Source of the DNA: Takakia lepidozioides
Taxonomy: Eukaryota; Plantae; Bryophyta
Assembly: GCA_030704615.1 (NCBI GenBank)
Contig: CM060731.1
Coordinates: 91,078,001-91,142,000, forward strand
Direction of reading: 5' to 3'
DNA length: 64,000 nt
Position numbers and translations under genes: made by a program. Shown piece by piece: positions 12,601 through 23,495 of the stretch (position 1 is its first letter; the number at the start of each line of letters is the position of its first letter). The notes beneath the pieces were generated by a model, which saw only the letters and a list, made by a program, of their open reading frames with translations, was not told where the DNA came from and made no database searches.

Positions 12601-15600
12601 ACTACCTTTGTCAGGGGCTGACACTGGTAGTATGACTTACCTTGGAACAGACAACTGATCCAAGTTCTCCAGATATCCTCTAGAAATCCCCCCCCAAAAG
12701 GGCCTGGGCTTTTGGCTCAGCCTCGAGACTTTCAAAGTTGGTAAACAGAGGTACAGGTACAATTCCCTTGATGGATTTGAAGAGGACGTTTCTCTGGTGA
12801 GAGTACCCAGGACAATGAATCAGAAAGTGAATATTGTCCACACAACCGGCATTTGCAATCCCCCTCTCCTCTCTGCTTCTGTTTGCGGTTCAAAGGTAGG
12901 CTTCCCGCCCAGAGTTTAAATTTCAGTCTAGTGCCGAGGGTGGGTAAACCCTTGAGGTCATCCATGATGGCCTCTCCCATGTCACAGACTGGAAACAAGT
13001 TCAGGGAAGTTTTCTGCCTAACTTCATTTTCATCAGACAATTTCCTGGCAATAGACATGGCTTTGAACACTTCAGCAAGTCAGATTTATCCAGAAGGGTC
13101 AAGGCTTGCGGAGATTCAGATCCTTGAGAATCTATTCTACTCTCTTCCGCCAGGACTTATCCTGTTTGACAGGACGATCCTGCTTCCAAGACGTATAGTT
13201 GATTAACTTAGGATATCTGATACTAGTCATATGTTGCAACTGGCCCCACCATCTGACCTTGAATTCATCTCGTCGGGAGCTTAAGGGAGGGATGCCAAAC
13301 TCACCCCGAACAGCCACATTGGCTGTTTTGGAGCATGCTGACATGCACTCCTTAAACACCCCCACTTGAATGGATTCTAGAGACTTAGCCTTAGACTTAG
13401 ACTTAGACACCATGAGAGATTGTACTCATAAGACGTTGTTTGCCGTAGCCTTGTGGCCATTGACCCCGCGCCCAGTTTGAGCGGGAACAAAAGGGACAGA
13501 ACCTACCTCTGTCAGGGGCTGACGTTGGTAGTAAGACTTACCTCCATATAAAGAATTAATCCGGGTTTTCCAGATATCCTCTAGAAATCCCTTCACACAA
13601 GCATCAATCTGCTGTGTGTGATTTGCCCAAAAACTAGGCCTCGGGAGGGCCTGGGCTTTTGGCTCAGCCTCGAGAATTTCAAAGTTGGTAAACAGGGGTA
13701 CAGGCACAATTCCCTTAATAGATTTGAAGAGAGCGTCTCTTTGGTGAGAGAACCCCGGACAGTGTATCAGAAAATGAATACTGTCTTCAGATTGCCCACA
13801 CAACGGGCAATTGCACTCTCCCTTTCCTCTCTGCTTCTGTTTGCTGTTCAAAGGTAGGCTTCCTGCCCTGAGTTTAAATTTCAGTCTAGTGCCGAGAGTG
13901 GGTAGACCCTTGAGGTCATCCAAGATGTCCTCCCCCATGTCACAGACTGGAAACAAGTTCAGGGAAGTTTTCTGCCTAACTTCATTTTCATCAGACAATC
14001 TCATGGCAACAGACATGGCTGAGGACACTACAGCCTCTAAGTCAGATTTATCCAGCAGGGTCAAGACTTGCGGATCCAGGTCCAGGTCCTTGAGGATCTC
14101 TTCTACTCTCTTCTGCCAGGACTTAGCCTGTTTGACAGGGCGGTCCTGTTTCCAAGATATAGAGTCGATTAATTTAGGATATCTGGTGTTGGGCATATGT
14201 TGCAGCTGACCCCACCATCTGACCTTGAGAGAGAGAGAGAGAGAGAGAGATACAGATGTACTCCATTGACTGTTTATTGCATGCACAAGAGGCCCAGAGG
14301 ACTTATGGGACACACAATACAAATTACTAAAATCTCGTGTCGAAAATTCCCCATGCTGCTCCAAGATGAAGTGCTGCTTAGCACTTCAGGGAGAGATGAA
14401 GGAACAGGGACACTGGAAAGCAGTTACAATTCGTGTCTGATATCTACTAGGATCATCTGTTGTAATCCCAGGAGGAAATTTAAAAGGGCCAATGCTACTT
14501 ACTCCCTCGGTTCTGATAGTTTTGCGTACACACTCCAAAGGTCCTTTATATCTTTGCAAGCCAAGTGCACACCCACCATTGTCCTTTGCCTGGACTTGGA
14601 GTCGACACTGTAAAACCACACACACTCCAAAGTAAATTTCTAGAAGAGATCCACCATTATAAAGCTAGCATAGGCAGATTTAACACTCAAGTGCCACACA
14701 ATTAGCCATGATGGAAGCTGCTGGAACTTCTGCCCAGGAGACTTTGGAGACCAATGCCCTACATTCAACCCTTGCTACCTACGATGAGAAAATACTTCAT
14801 GTGTTGGCAGAGACTGGCCTTCACAAGTTCCATGGGGCAGAGGATGGCGCTGATAACAGCTCCAGCAAGGGCTGCAGAAGGCAACACAGTGGAAAATGCT
14901 GGCTTTGCTCTATCCTCTCCACCCTTTCCCGCAGTAGGCAGTTCCATCCATTCATCGATCCATCACATGCACCCATGTTATGTTACCGCATCATCAGGCC
15001 TTCATGATCAAATCACCAATGTTTAAGATGCAAAATTTCAGTCGGTGAAGCTTGAGATACTCTCCAAAGACCTAGAAGGTATGCAGCAATTTATAATTCC
15101 TTACTCTGTCGGAAATTATGAGAACATATCCCCCCACCCAATCTCACTCCAGCCCCCTTTCCCCCTCTCACACATCCTGATAACCGTAGCTGACCAATGA
15201 GGGGGTGAAGCAATCATACCTGCAGGGCAACCTTGATTTGTGAGTAAGCCCCAAACAGCAGAGAACTCTCGATTGAAACACCAATAAATGACGATGTTGC
15301 TCCTTTGTACAACCCCTTTACCTACACCAAACAGAGGTTACAAAAGCCAGTGTGTTGCTCAGGATTCTATAGCTCTGGTGTCATTAGGCCACTTCTTGTA
15401 ATCCATACAAGACCAAAAGTTGGTGTTGCAAAGCATAATGACGGTTTTTTTCAGACTGGTTGCTGCCCATGACATTGGGCAATGTCCTTGGATGTGTCCA
15501 TCACAGACCTCACTGACAGAAGGCTCTAGGTGAGCCAAGACTTGACGCTCAAATAAATTTTTAGCAAATAAAATCAGGACACCCTACATGGAGCTTTCAT

Positions 15601-16711
15601 GAAAAACTGTGATTTGGAGTTCATAAAATGGGCAGATGCCCTCAAATTGTAACGCCCACTGTACCATTCAAAGCTGGTGAGTTTATTTTGAGTTAAGGTT
15701 GAGGGTTTAGGGTTTATGTGGTACAATTTGAAAAAACGTGGGGAGGTCGCCATTCTCTATCCATATAAATGGACAAAATGTAGCACCAAGCTACCACAAA
15801 TGACAGGGAAGGGTGGGACGGGGGATTTTGAGGATAACACCTAGGAGGGGCATTTATAGATTAAAAAACTGGGAAGATGACAATACCCCTTCACTCTTCA
15901 GAATGTCAGAGGTGCAGTGGAGAGCACTTCCATATCTGTATACATGGCCCGCTGTGTTCTGTGTCTGCAACCTCACCTGCCATAACAATTCCTCAAGTGT
16001 TGCCATTTCAGGTAAGGATTCCCATACGATATTCCAATTGGAATTTCAATGATAGAGTGGCAGTGTAATTTTGATGAGAATCATGATGATGATGTGGACA
16101 CTAGTCACAGACAATGGTCACAGACAGCACGGAGAGGATTAAATGCAGCAAAAAGATAGCCGGTTTATAAGGCTGAATCCACCACCATATCTTCCTCCAT
16201 GATCACATACCAAATGAGTTAGAAATCCCCGCCTTTTCTATGCCAGTGACCCTTTCGAAAATGCAGCACAAATACTCAAAGCTTTTAAAGATTCATTAAG
16301 CTTAGTAGGGACAGCAGCTGGAAGACGGCTATCATTGGGACAAAAGGTAGTCACAGTAATTCATGCGAAATTTCTTCTCAGACGAAGAATGTTGAATTTT
16401 TTCCTTTTCCAGCATTCAACGTTCGACATAAAGAATGGTGGAAACTCACGAACCCAATCACTTTCTTCCCATGGTCACCGACTTTTGTCCAAGAGCTAGG
16501 ACTTTGTTCTAATCAAATTCAATCGAAATACTGATTTCGGATAGCGTAGTACCTTCACGGTATCAAAGGGATGACCAACAAGAACTGTGGCTACACCGGC
16601 TGCCAGGCCGGCGATGTAGTCCTTGGCGGCATGCTCCATCACCAGCCTGCTTCCACCATCCTTCATGGCTCCTCCGATAACTCCGCCTGCATGATCCATT
16701 GCTCCCCTCAT
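6692..16711 (-). CDS. BAC1: Mitochondrial carrier family protein, basic amino acid (arginine/ornithine) carrier BAC1-like; 8 exons, ~349 aa
   Basis: Exons on the minus strand: 16711-16553 (…YIAGLAAGVATVLVGHPFDTVK), 15976-15887 (VRLQTQ…ILKSEG), 15321-15220 (VKGLYKGATSSFIGVSIESSLLFGAYSQ…), 14923-14819 (…LCPMELVK), 14607-14503 (CRLQVQ…YKGPLECVRKTIRTEG), 12311-12069 (VKGLYCG…LLRETFGN…GGLAGLA), 11740-11642 (FWIGVLPLDVAKTRIQT…), 6838-6692 (IYKQSGVRGLYAGLGPTLMRAFPANA…stop). All junctions are phase 0. Three Px[D/E]xxK carrier signatures are present, and the protein closely resembles Arabidopsis BAC1. The start codon is uncertain (16711 or a nearby downstream ATG). Confidence 0.92.
7134..7168 (+). repeat. 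(TC)n microsatellite heading the LINE stack
   Basis: ctctctctctttctctctctctctttctctctct lies directly before a LINE 3'-end fragment. Confidence 0.85.
7169..7275 (+). mobile_element. Very short LINE copy (3' tail only)
   Basis: GCCCCTGACAGAGG…GGCCACAAGGCTACGG…TTATGAGTACAATCTCTCT, the same tail as the longer copies. Confidence 0.85.
7276..9695 (+). mobile_element. 5'-truncated RTE-X-like LINE: reverse transcriptase plus C-terminal zinc finger, frameshifted
   Basis: ORFs 7293-8078, 8083-8322, 8241-8801 and 8809-9570 give KAGGPDGI, GNYRGISLL, QAGFR, GVAQGCTLSPLLFN, FADD, YTYL and CPLCGQPEDNIHFLIHC. The copy ends in TTATGAGTACATTCTCTCT and lies in BAC1 intron 7. The clade assignment is an inference. 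Confidence 0.9.
9696..10937 (+). mobile_element. Three further tandem truncated LINE copies (~9696-10671, ~10700-10826, ~10827-10937)
   Basis: The ENEVRQKTSLNLFPVCDMG segment recurs, and three successive …ATGAGTACA tails are visible. Confidence 0.85.
10935..10990 (+). repeat. Compound (CA)n(CT)n(C)n microsatellite
   Basis: Seen directly; it closes the LINE stack. Confidence 0.9.
12358..14250 (-). mobile_element. Stack of three truncated LINE copies (~14228-13415, ~13400-12512, ~12505-12358) bounded by (TC)n in BAC1 intron 5
   Basis: ORFs 13426-14364, 13132-13413 and 12732-13070 match the LINE C-terminus. There are three tails, with (GA)n at 14227-14250 and 12358-12373. Confidence 0.88.
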
Positions 16712-17049
16712 CCCTCAGAGATCCAACTGAGCGTCGGAGTCCCCCATGATCGAAATAGAAGAGCTCAAGGTAGCCAGGCAGGTAGGGCGGGTCAATGCAG
16801 ACTTCAAGTTGGTTGAAGTCGTCAAAGAAGCATTCCCAGTTCACTTTGAATTCAAAGCTTTATTAACCCTTAAATGCCGCCCCGAAATTCTTTCTAGCCA
16901 TCAATGCCCTCCGTGGCCTCCTCAGGTTATTTGTAATCTAGGATTCCCTACATGATAGGGCCCATTAATGGCACACAAAATGCATTGTGTCATTAATGCC
17001 AAGAGCCGGCCCACCGGCCCTCTCCTTCCCAATGTCCATTGTCTCAAGC

Positions 17050-17905
17050 TTTTGGGTCACTATGTTGGTTCAAACTCGGTGAAGGTGTTGACGGATAATG
17101 TCACGGTGAAGTATTTTGCCATGCAACCTAAGTTGTCCCCAAAGCAAATTAGGTGGCAAGATATTGTTTGATGTGGATATCCAATACAAGCCGGGACGAG
17201 ACAATGTGGTGGCCGATGTGCTGAGTCAAAAGCAGCAGCTCGTGTTGGTGTATAAGGATAAAACATGATTACAAAGGAAAATCCGGAGGGCTTATCAAAT
17301 TGAGGACGAGTTGGCAAAGTCCGTTATGCAGGACTTGATGGAAGAGGCTAAGTTGCAATTCCAGTGCCATGATGGCCCGCTTGCTGGCCATGGCGGGGCC
17401 AAACGCACCGCAGCACTCTTCAAGAATAAATATTCCTGGCCCAAACTATGGGCAGAGGCCAAGGAGTATGTGAAAACATGCACCACATGTCAACAAAATC
17501 AGAGCACGTACAAAAAGCAAGTTGAGCTATTACAGCCCTTGCCGATTCCTGAAGGGCCTTGGAAGAGTCCATGGATTTCATGATCAGCTTGCCGTTTGTC
17601 AAGAGGGTATGACGCAATCATGGTAGTGGTGGATAGGTTCAGTAAAATGGCCCATTTCATCCCCGCCAAGGATACGGCAACGGCACAGGAAATGGGGCGA
17701 CTTTTCTTCGCCCACGACTTCAAGCGTCCTGGACTCCCGAAGGATATTGTCTCGGACCGTGATCCAAAGTTTACAAGTAAGTTTTGGAGAGCACTTTGGA
17801 AGATGATGAGTACAAGGCTTAATATGAGCACTGCCTTTCGGTCCACGACGGACGGCCAAACTGAAAGTGTAAATTCCATATTAAAGCAACTCTTATGGAA
17901 TTACC
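17050..17905 (+). mobile_element. Ty3/Gypsy pol fragment (end of RNase H, integrase H2C2 zinc finger and core), degraded
   Basis: VKVLTDNVTVKYF, CHDGPLAGHGG…VKTCTTCQ, IMVVVDRFSKMAHFIP, IVSDRDPKFTSKFW and TDGQTE are present. Confidence 0.9.
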
Positions 17906-18185
17906 ACTACAACACACCCATGTTCTTCCAACTGTTTTGGTTTCACTATCATTTTCCTAGCATTATCAATATATGAATCGAGACGTTTGTTTTGTTTTGT
18001 TTTGTTTTGTAGAGGTGAGATGTCACAAACTGCGGGGCCCCACCCTGAGTGCTTGGTGCCGTTGGAAAGCCCTCGATGAGGAAGGGTGCATCGACTTGGT
18101 CTCATGATTTTTGGACTTGAGATGTAGGAGATGTGGAATTTCAAGTACTTTGGGTCGCTGGAAATTTGGGAAAAATAGCAAAGTG

Positions 18186-18402
18186 GGCTCTCCTAGAACA
18201 ATGGTTGGAGCCTCGACGGGAGAGATCTCAAGATAAATGTCTCCGGTTCAAATCTAGTTGTAGGCTCTGTGGAAAAAAAAACGACGAGATGTGGCTAAAC
18301 GAATTTCAAGTTCTTTTGGTCGTTGTACAATGGTTGGAGGCTCGACATGAGACATATCAAGGGAAAGGTCTCCAGTTCAAATCTGGTCGTAGGCTCTGTG
18401 GA
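18186..18402 (+). mobile_element. Two tandem tRNA-like (SINE-head-like) units
   Basis: An A-box-like ACAATGGTTGGAG and a B-box/T-arm (CCAG-TTCAAAT-CTGG) occur twice, about 130 bp apart. No intact cloverleaf is present. Confidence 0.4.
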
Positions 18403-18419
18403 AAAGAAATGATTAGACT

Positions 18420-18682
18420 TAGATGACTTAGATGACATTGGACACTTGGGTCAACGGCACATGCAACCCTAGGGCCTAGAGGTTGCACTTGGGCCTTGGC
18501 ATAGGAGACGCACTTGGATACATAGGAAATTGCACTGGATACATAGGAGATTGGACTTGGGCTCAGATGACAGTGGACAATTGGGGCTCTACATGGGAGA
18601 TGCACTTGGATACATGAATAGATGATTGCACTTGGGCTTAGCTGGGCCTCGACATAAGAGACAAACATGGATACATAGGAAA
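18420..18682 (+). repeat. Degenerate tandem repeat (CACTTGGATACATAGGAGATTG-like units)
   Basis: The words cacttgg, gatacatagga and ttgcact recur. Confidence 0.65.
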
Positions 18683-19442
18683 TTTGTCGCGCACCTCACT
18701 TTGGTAACTCTCCTTTTAAGTCATAGTTACTCGTTTTGATGCGCGCGCCTAACTCCCAAACTGGCCGCCGGGCCAACTCGGAGCTTCGGTTGCTCACCGG
18801 GGCATAACAGTCACCTTTTGCTCTTCCGCGAGGCCTACTGGAAATTCCCTTTGGTTGTTGGCAGTCCGGAATAGCTCCCCACACCTTGGTCGCTTTCCGG
18901 CTTGCACGCTTACTGATCATTAGCTTTTGGTCACCAACGGGCTTGCACCGTTCTCGGGGTTACTACTCCCTATATATACTTCTGTAGGTGTCCGCGGGGG
19001 TTCCACAAACAACCACGACCCTTGACTCCATGTGATGAGTCGCGGTGAGTCTTGGCCCACCCACCACGGCCCCAATGGACCGTGGTGAGTCCCGAGAGTC
19101 CCCATGACTCCCACCACAAGGCCTCAGCCTCATAGTGAGTCCTATGCCACCCCCACTACGACTCCATAGGCTACCACCACCCCTCGTGGAGCCCCCCACC
19201 GCAACCCGGTTTGTGGGGCTCCACCTAGTGAGCGCCTCCGCCTCCTTGAGTGCCTTCGGCACTCAAGGGTATTTCAACCCATTTTCCTACTGCTGCCGCT
19301 GCCCCCACCACAGGGGCAGCCCCTCTTGTATCCCGGCCCCCCGCCCTCGACACACACCCCTACCAAAAGGGAGTCGATGTCCTCATCGACTTGTCCCTTT
19401 TTGTGGAAACTAACATCCAAGTTGTGACGTCCCACGTCAAGG

Positions 19443-19765
19443 CACTACAACAGATTGCGGCTTTTATGACTCCCATGGGTGCGCAGTCATGACAGATTTG
19501 TGGCAGAAATGCCATTTGTAGTCGTAAAATGCTTTTGAAATCATAATGCAGGTCTAGGGAAGGCGTATATGCGACTGCATGGCTCCGGACTCTGTGCGAC
19601 ACAGGTCAAACATGTTTGACCACGAATATTGGCATGGCAGATATGACTACCAGTCACGGTCATGGCTACACTGAAATGACGTATGCATATTGCTAGACAG
19701 ACATATAACTTCATGACTCTCACTCTAATGCATTATGCCAGATCATCACATGGATGAATCACTAC
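19443..19765. mobile_element. CACTA (En/Spm) terminus with ATGAC/GTCAT subterminal repeats
   Basis: It starts CACTACAACAGATTGCGGCTTTTATGAC. About 310 bp are highly similar to 58799-59115. Confidence 0.8.
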
Positions 19766-20384
19766 ATGACTACACGTGTCGACACATCCTTTTCTGGTTA
19801 TATATATAATATATGAGTATTTATATTTTGAAAAAACGGAGACTCTGACCACTAGAATGAATTAAAAAAAACAAAAAAAAAAACAAAGTGCAAAAAGATT
19901 TAAAAAAAAATACATCGGCTGGTAAGTGCACAGTGTGTCGCCCTGGTGGTTTGGGGTTCAAACCCGTTGCCCATATCCCGTGTGTGGGATTGTTCGTGAC
20001 GGTATGTCTGGGCATTGATCGTCCTGTAGGTCTTATGGCCCATAAATGAAGGCGGGTGAATTTTTCCCCCTCCTCAAGGGCCTGTGGTTTCCTTTAAGAA
20101 AAAAAAAGAAAAAAAAAAAAAGGCTTTTAGGGTTTACAAAAAGGTTAAAAAACTTAAAAAGTTGCCCATCACGGTAGCCGTGAACAGACTTAGAGCGAGC
20201 GGGAGGGAGAGAGAGAGAGGGTTGGACTTAGAGTGAGCGAGCGGGAGGGAGGGCAAACATGCATGGGAGGCCCGCAGTTGGAGCAACCTTCGCATCTGAA
20301 GCAAGCATCCTAGAAATGCTAGGGTATGTGTGTGAGGAGGTGCTAGGGTATGTGTCCGAGGAGGTTTCGGCTGGGAACTCGCCG

Positions 20385-21088
20385 TTCTTGGGAGATTCAG
20401 CTTGGTCTTAGCAGGCCATGTTTCAATCTCTACCCGCTCAGCTGCACCGTGGTGGTTCTGACAGACCAATCCAACATTATCTTACTACAGACACAAGCAG
20501 CACACACAAGAGGTCCTCTTGGGTTCATGGTCAGTCAAATCCTCCATGGGTCATGACACAAGGTCGAGGACAATGTGGTGAGGTCACCTTCTTCTTCAAC
20601 CTATTTCAGCCTGTTTTGCCCTCTCATCAGACTCGGCCCTGAATTTGAATCATGGAGCAGAGCTGGCATGAGTTTTTTAAAGATCCTTCACGATGGTGCG
20701 ACAACCGCAATCGCAAGGTGTGGCTTTTTCTTAATGTACGATGTGAAGAAGTTTGTCCATCCTACAAATGTGGGCTGTTGGCTCCTCTTAGTACCATGAT
20801 TTGATATTCTTCCTGATGTTTACAAGGTTCTTGGGAGAGTTAGCTTGGTCTTAGCAGGCCGTGTTTCAATGTATGCCTACTAAGCTGCACCGTGGTGTAG
20901 GTTCTCACAGACCAATCCGACATTACCTGACTACAAGACACAAGCAGCACACACAAGAGGTCCTTTTGGATTGATGGTCGGTCAAATCCTCCATGGGTCA
21001 TGACACAAGGTCAAGGCCAATGTGGTGAGGGCACCTTCTTCTTCGACCTATTTCAGCTTGTTTTGCCCTCTCATCAGACTCGGCCCTG
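20385..21088 (+). repeat. Direct duplication of ~260 bp (20385-20641 and 20828-21088)
   Basis: Both copies run gttcttgggaga…gcttggtcttagcaggcc…ctctcatcagactcggccctga. Confidence 0.85.
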
Positions 21089-21158
21089 AGATGCATATTG
21101 AATTTTGTAAGTTAGCTCATTGCTCGTTGATAAGTAGGGTTGGGGGTGTTTGCTGGAA

Positions 21159-23495
21159 CAATTCTAGGCTGTCATTGTCAGCTGCTAGCAAGAAGGCAAG
21201 GATGTATGCATGATTTTGTGCAGAGGCATAGATAGCTGAAGGAGCAGGGATAGAGTGTGGGCCCAGATTCATCCAAGAGGGCCGGATTTCAAGCTCCATT
21301 ATTTCGGTGTCATCCATTCAGCCAGGGATTTCCTGGTGACATTGCCAAGGCTTTATTCGCAACACGATGCTTGTAAAGCTTCCTTAGCTTGAATGCTGAT
21401 TATGCTTGAATTATTAGGTTTGTAAAGCCAGTTTTGAAATTTTCAGACGTGTAGGGACTTGGACGAGAGTAAGGGGGAGTTTGTTGGGCCGTGGAGCTCT
21501 TCGGTGCCAAGAACGTCGTGCCGTTACACCACTATACTCTTGACTACTTTCCTCTTACATCCATGGGTTGTGTAAGGAATATATTCAGTGGCAGCATGCA
21601 TCTTTTCAAGTGACTAAAGAGTGTATTTTCTCTTCAGTACGCCACAGTTATAGGAAGCGTCTCACTAGAATCAAAAAATTGAAGTGGGACAGGAGAGTCT
21701 CGGTACCTGCATGATGAACAAGGCTGGAATGTCTGACTTGGTTTTCATGGCAAATGATGTGGCAGTTTTGGCAATTTGAATGATGTATAGCTTGGAACCC
21801 ACATGGCCGCTATGTTGATGGGGATGGCCCTAAAGGTTTGCCTTCTCTCCTTCCTATTTGTCTCTAATTTATGTTTCACTTTGGGTTTTGCATTACAATG
21901 CTTACCAGGGTGTGAAGAAAGTAAAGGTGCGAAGAGGTGCTCTGTTAACAATTCAACTGTTGTTTTCAAGAAAGGTTGGTGGTGCGCTAAATGACTGGCG
22001 TGGATCTTGGACTCATAGCATTACAGATACTGATTATGGTATCTTTCTCTCTGATGATTCCTATTTTCTTTGTTTTTGTGCTTCACAAGATAGCTTTGTG
22101 ATTACTCTTACTTGTTTTCAAGCTGGTCTGAGTATGTTGTCACCAGGACCTTGTCAACTGTGTCCCCTGGTAGGAAAGCTTGCAAAGTAGAAATTACTTC
22201 AGATGTTGTAGAAATACTTAGCAGAGTCTCTGCAGGGCTGGTGCTATCTGATATAGCCCTTATGGCACCATGGGAAGCACTGGTAGCTACAGCTTTGAGT
22301 TTGCGAGGCCACTTCGCACGTCTGATCGATTTCAGGAGGTGTGCATGTCTAGACATTCATATTGACGATACCATTTCAAAGTTCTCCCGTCCACATTTTG
22401 CTTGATACCGGGATATTGTGGGTAAAGTAGCAGGGTGGTCTTATATATGCTTAAATCTCATCTTCTATTGGCAATTGTGGTTCAAAAGTCCACAGATAGG
22501 TTGGTCATGGGTCATAGCAGGGTCCATGGGGGCATGAAATCTCACCTTGTTGACATGCCCATGCAGGATGCTCAGTTCAGATTTTTCCGGGAGCAGTTAG
22601 TAGTGAGCAAGGTGTTTCAAGGGCAACTGCAGGTGCCATTGGTGCATTCTCCCTTCTTTTGTCGTTGGCAGTTGTATCCATGTCTTGGATACTAGTAGAA
22701 TTTTTCCTATATCAGTCATGGCAGTAGATGCAAAGCCAAAACAGGGCAGCAGAAGGAAAAGAAGGGCCTAGCATAGAGAGACTATAATTGCCACCAAGAG
22801 AGGCAGAGACAAAAGATGGGTGGAAGAGTTAGGTTTTAAATCATACTTCCATGTTTGCTCTGGCTGCTGTGGAAGACTTCGCCCGGAATTCTGCTACGAC
22901 TCCGGAGTCGTTGACCCCACTTCTGTCCGCCGTCTGAAATGCCCCCGTGGGCCCACATTGTCTGTTTCGACTCTCCAGTAGTCCTGTTTACTACCAAGTG
23001 GTTCCCGGAGTGGTCGCGGACATGCAGTCGAATCGGAAAAGACACGAATGCTTCTAGTGTTCATTCCACAGCTTCTCCTCATCTCTGTTACCTATTTTTT
23101 GACACTTTCTTGTTGTCACATTGGCAGTATCATGTCAAAGTCACTCCAAACTAGTATCACTCAACCAGCTAACTTGCAGAATTGAACATGGAAATTTAGG
23201 GCCGATTCTGATAAGAGGGAAAAACAGGGTGAAATGTGTTGAAGAAGATGTCTTCATTAGCAGTGCCTGATTTTATCACTGCTGCTGCTGCCAATTGACC
23301 ATCTATCCATGCAGGTTTCTTGTAGCTATTGATCCACAGGGAATCACAGGTAATCTTGTGCTTGAAATCTGGCCCTCTTGGATGAATCTGGACCCATACG
23401 AAATCCCTGCTCCTTCAGCTATCCATGCCTCTGCACAAATCATGCATACATCCTCGCATTGATGCTAGCAGCTGACAATGATAGCCTAGAATTGT
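21159..23495. repeat. Inverted repeat pair of ~135 bp (21159-21295 / 23360-23495)
   Basis: caattctaggctgtcattgtcagctgctagc…ggatttcaagc is the reverse complement of gcttgaaatctggcc…gctagcagctgacaatgatagcctagaattg. Confidence 0.8.

Noticed and set aside
18684-19442. LTR remnant starting TGTCGCG
   Set aside because: No partner LTR, primer-binding site or TSD could be identified with confidence.
19940-19980. tRNA gene (GGGTTCAAACCC T-arm)
   Set aside because: An isolated T-arm-like hairpin with no acceptor, D or anticodon arms.
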